DNA from: a virus
Taxonomy: Duplodnaviria > Caudoviricetes
Direction: 5' to 3' (one strand)
IMG/VR virus record: IMGVR_UViG_3300012346_000007
Span: 1-38,407 of that record
Length of the DNA: 38,407 nucleotides
The position numbers and the translations under genes were made by a program. A model generated the notes under the pieces. It was not told the origin of the DNA. It did no database searches and saw only the letters and a list, made by a program, of their open reading frames with translations. This document shows, piece by piece, positions 36,064-38,407 of this stretch (its first letter is position 1; every line of letters begins with the position of its first letter).

Positions 36064-36993
36064 TTAATAAAACAATACTCTAGGTACAAATCTAATAGCA
36101 GCTTTCTCTCTATCCTCATCAGCGGCTAACTGCCATTGCTGCTCGTATTCTGACTTCAACATCATTACACGATTAGGATCTACATCAGGTAATTTAACGC
36201 TTAGATTATAAGCTAATCCAGCCACCATAGCGGTTACTAGACGGAATGGGATGTCTTCAATACTTGTGCCTGTACCAGCATCTTGCATACGACGGAGACG
36301 GTAATACACGAATGTATATTGGTCGCCAGGAGAATTAGGGGTAGGCCAGACGTTAATGCAAGGTAAGTTGTTTGTAAATACCTCGGAGGCTGTTATATGG
36401 CTAGCGGCAGTTGTGCCGTTTTGACCACGCCAAGCGTTCAGAATCTGATTACCAACAATGTTCTGATAACCAATAGTCTCATTGTCAATATTAATAAAGC
36501 CCTGTGTAGGCAGGCCAGACGCGTTAACCAATGTAATAGTAGTGTCTGTAGAGCTAATAGCACCATCTAAAACAGCTGAGGCAATCTTAGCCACATTACC
36601 TGTTTGACGGTTTACATAAACCTGAATAGGGCGACCATTGGCATTCTTATTAGGAATAGTGATGTAGGTTGACTCTGAAATGCGTGTGATATTGATGTCG
36701 ATCTGGTTGTTGCCTTGACCGTTATTTGTACGTACAACAGTATCCAGTAGGTCAATAGTGTCCACGGGAAGGGGGTAGATAGCCTGACCTGTATTCATTA
36801 CAAGCTGGCCCTGCTCTACAGTCCATAGGTTAATACCTCGGTTAGCCCACTCAATACAAAGCAGGTTGAGGCTTCTACGGGCTGTGCGCAAGTCATAACC
36901 AGAACGCAGCTCTTTTCCGCAACGCTCATACGCCTCTTCGACTAATTCGTTGAGGTCTAGGTTAAACTGACTTAATCCTGATGTATTAGCCAT
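36064..36993 (-). CDS. Putative second head-tail adaptor/connector with an inserted beta domain
   Basis: ARRSLNLL..EW.NRG, YPLP.D, GRP.Q, VWPTP and GLAY.L adaptor-like layout. Confidence 0.55.
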   Translation of the reverse strand: MANTSGLSQFNLDLNELVEEAYERCGKELRSGYDLRTARRSLNLLCIEWANRGINLWTVEQGQLVMNTGQAIYPLPVDTIDLLDTVVRTNNGQGNNQIDINITRISESTYITIPNKNANGRPIQVYVNRQTGNVAKIASAVLDGAISSTDTTITLVNASGLPTQGFINIDNETIGYQNIVGNQILNAWRGQNGTTAASHITASEVFTNNLPCINVWPTPNSPGDQYTFVYYRLRRMQDAGTGTSIEDIPFRLVTAMVAGLAYNLSVKLPDVDPNRVMMLKSEYEQQWQLAADEDREKAAIRFVPRVLFY

Positions 36994-37123
36994 TAGGCTC
37001 CCACGCTATTCCAATTCGTACAATCAATAGGTCAACGATAAAAAAACTTTCGTCACCTTCTTCTACTATTTCAAACCCAAGACTAACGCCTTTTATCAAA
37101 TGTAAAAATATTGCCCAGTTCAC
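36986..37123 (-). CDS. Hypothetical 45-aa protein (missed by the ORF track)
   Basis: The GTG start overlaps the upstream TGA (GTGA). It encodes MNWAIFLHLIKGVSLGFEIVEEGDESFFIVDLLIVRIGIAWEPNG and fills the gap exactly. Confidence 0.65.
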   Translation of the reverse strand: MNWAIFLHLIKGVSLGFEIVEEGDESFFIVDLLIVRIGIAWEPNG

Positions 37124-37371
37124 TTCTTTTTTGCCGTTTTAGCAGAGTTAAGAAAGTCCATTTTACTAGGGGCGCCTTTAGCTCCAGCCTTACGCATCTT
37201 CTCACCAGAACCCGCAGCTATGCGTTTTTTCTTAGCGTTAATATTTGCATATAGTCCAACCTTACCGCCTTCAGCGTATTGAGTAAAGTCCGTGTCATCA
37301 CGGCGGGCTTTTTTAACCCCTTTACCCATCTTAGAAGGCATTATGTCGCCCATACCACGGCTTGGTCTCAT
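37120..37371 (-). CDS. Small basic hypothetical protein
   Basis: MRPSRGMG...YAEGGKVGLYANINAKKKRI...SAKTAKK. Confidence 0.7.
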   Translation of the reverse strand: MRPSRGMGDIMPSKMGKGVKKARRDDTDFTQYAEGGKVGLYANINAKKKRIAAGSGEKMRKAGAKGAPSKMDFLNSAKTAKKK

Positions 37372-37374
37372 GAC

Positions 37375-37833
37375 TTAGCACTTCCCGCCAGATTTCATTT
37401 TAATCATTGTGCCTTTAGTGTGACCTTTAGTTGCACAACCATCAGCACGGGTTACGCCGCCTTTAGCGTATGTATCACCCATTGGGTTCATACGAGACAT
37501 AGAGTCAGTCATAGCATTAGATTTAGCTTTTGGCTTCATTCTCGCTTTAGGTTTTGGCATATCTTTTTGACCACCTTCAGCGATTGCTTTCATAGCACGC
37601 TCACGAACATCATCAGTGATATTCTTATTTGGGCCTACTTTAGTTTCAAATTCGATTTCGCCACCTTCGTCGTAACGCTTGGCTTTACCACCGCTGCACA
37701 TCTTTTTCATAGTCATTCCACCTTTATTAAGTTTGGATAGGTTAGTTTTTTTACCTGGATGCTCTTGTTTATCGTGCATACCAAATGCTTTTTTGATAAG
37801 TTTCTTATCTTCAATTAAATCGTCATGTTTCAT
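37375..37833 (-). CDS. Basic low-complexity protein with five xxGG motifs
   Basis: Start MKHDD after GAGG. Contains LNKGG, MCSGG, YDEGG, YAKGG and MKSGG. Confidence 0.7.
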   Translation of the reverse strand: MKHDDLIEDKKLIKKAFGMHDKQEHPGKKTNLSKLNKGGMTMKKMCSGGKAKRYDEGGEIEFETKVGPNKNITDDVRERAMKAIAEGGQKDMPKPKARMKPKAKSNAMTDSMSRMNPMGDTYAKGGVTRADGCATKGHTKGTMIKMKSGGKC

Positions 37834-37834
37834 A

Positions 37835-38026
37835 TTATTCCTCATTACCTTTAAACCAACCCTGAACGGTCTTAGTCTCATAGATACGGATTGCTGTCCA
37901 TACTATAGTAAAGATAGCTGCTACGGAAGGTAGGATGTTCACTAGAGTTCCTAATACTGTAATTACCGAAGCACCATCAATAATATGCTTGATTGCTTCG
38001 TCTAAATGTGCAAATGGGTCTTTCAT
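37835..38026 (-). CDS. Small membrane protein
   Basis: ATG38026 overlaps the upstream stop (ATGA). Hydrophobic core followed by IRIYETKTVQ. Confidence 0.65.
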   Translation of the reverse strand: MKDPFAHLDEAIKHIIDGASVITVLGTLVNILPSVAAIFTIVWTAIRIYETKTVQGWFKGNEE

Positions 38027-38298
38027 GAGCAATTCCATCTTTTCAAACTAGCTGCCTTACGAGTTGGGCGACCCTTCTCGTCTTTCATTGGACCCGGCAT
38101 ACCTGACATACGAGCACAAAACGATTTACGGCGTCCTGCATCTGCTTTAGTCTTAGGGTTTGGTGCTGGAGCCTTTAGATTAGAGCCTGTAGCAGCGTTG
38201 TACTTAGCACGGCCTTTAGCAGTAAGCCCCGCACCTTGCGATACGGGTAACTTTTCGCCTCGTCCAACAGCTAAAACAGGACCTTTTTTCTTAGCCAT
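38023..38298 (-). CDS. Small basic conserved phage protein (DUF6321-like)
   Basis: Likely start MAKKKG at 38298. Contains GLTAKGRAKYN...LKAP...RRKSFCARM...RWNC. Confidence 0.65.
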   Translation of the reverse strand: MAKKKGPVLAVGRGEKLPVSQGAGLTAKGRAKYNAATGSNLKAPAPNPKTKADAGRRKSFCARMSGMPGPMKDEKGRPTRKAASLKRWNCS

Positions 38299-38407
38299 AA
38301 AAAATATAACCAGAAGCAATCGCATCCATATACCCATAAATACCGTTAAAGACACGAATGCCCTCACCCGGAATTGGGATAATGTTTGTATAAGTATCAC
38401 TAGCTGC
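38291..38407 (-). CDS. C-terminal end of a structural-region protein (5' partial, missed by the ORF track)
   Basis: Open frame from the window edge: AASDTYTNIIPIPGEGIRVFNGIYGYMDAIASGYIFYG, then stop. It overlaps the next ATG. Confidence 0.65.
   Translation of the reverse strand, partial: AASDTYTNIIPIPGEGIRVFNGIYGYMDAIASGYIFYG

Noticed and set aside
1-38407. Stop-codon recoding
   Set aside because: Genes are full length and tightly packed in the standard code, with TAA, TGA and TAG all used as stops.

Overview
This window is a gene-dense fragment of a tailed dsDNA bacteriophage with podovirus-like gene content, in standard genetic code. It has two convergent arms. The + strand arm (1-11313) is a replication/early operon: the C-terminal part of a family A DNA polymerase, a sigma-region-4-like HTH, a methyltransferase and two glycosyltransferases, a Cas4-like PD-(D/E)XK nuclease, an HNH protein, an SNF2 helicase, a probable SSB, an HTH and a primase-helicase. 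The - strand arm (11380-38407) is a late operon: small basic proteins, head-tail adaptors, a large modular tail-fibre cluster, a holin and GH19 endolysin, a tail nozzle, ejection-type proteins and a 1953-aa LPD38/zincin polyvalent protein. Capsid, portal and terminase lie outside the window. The most interesting unexplained signals are in the non-coding gaps of the early arm. (1) A candidate ~55-nt small RNA at the arm junction has a 5' end exactly complementary to a (A)GGAGAAGA ribosome-binding site shared by three replication genes. (2) A three-way-junction/pseudoknot candidate sits over the primase start. (3) A four-hairpin leader precedes the helicase. In the late arm, a hydrophobic-x-x-GG peptide motif recurs across otherwise unrelated proteins, and the tail-fibre region looks like a dock-and-tip modular system. 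All protein calls come from motif recognition by eye, not database searches.
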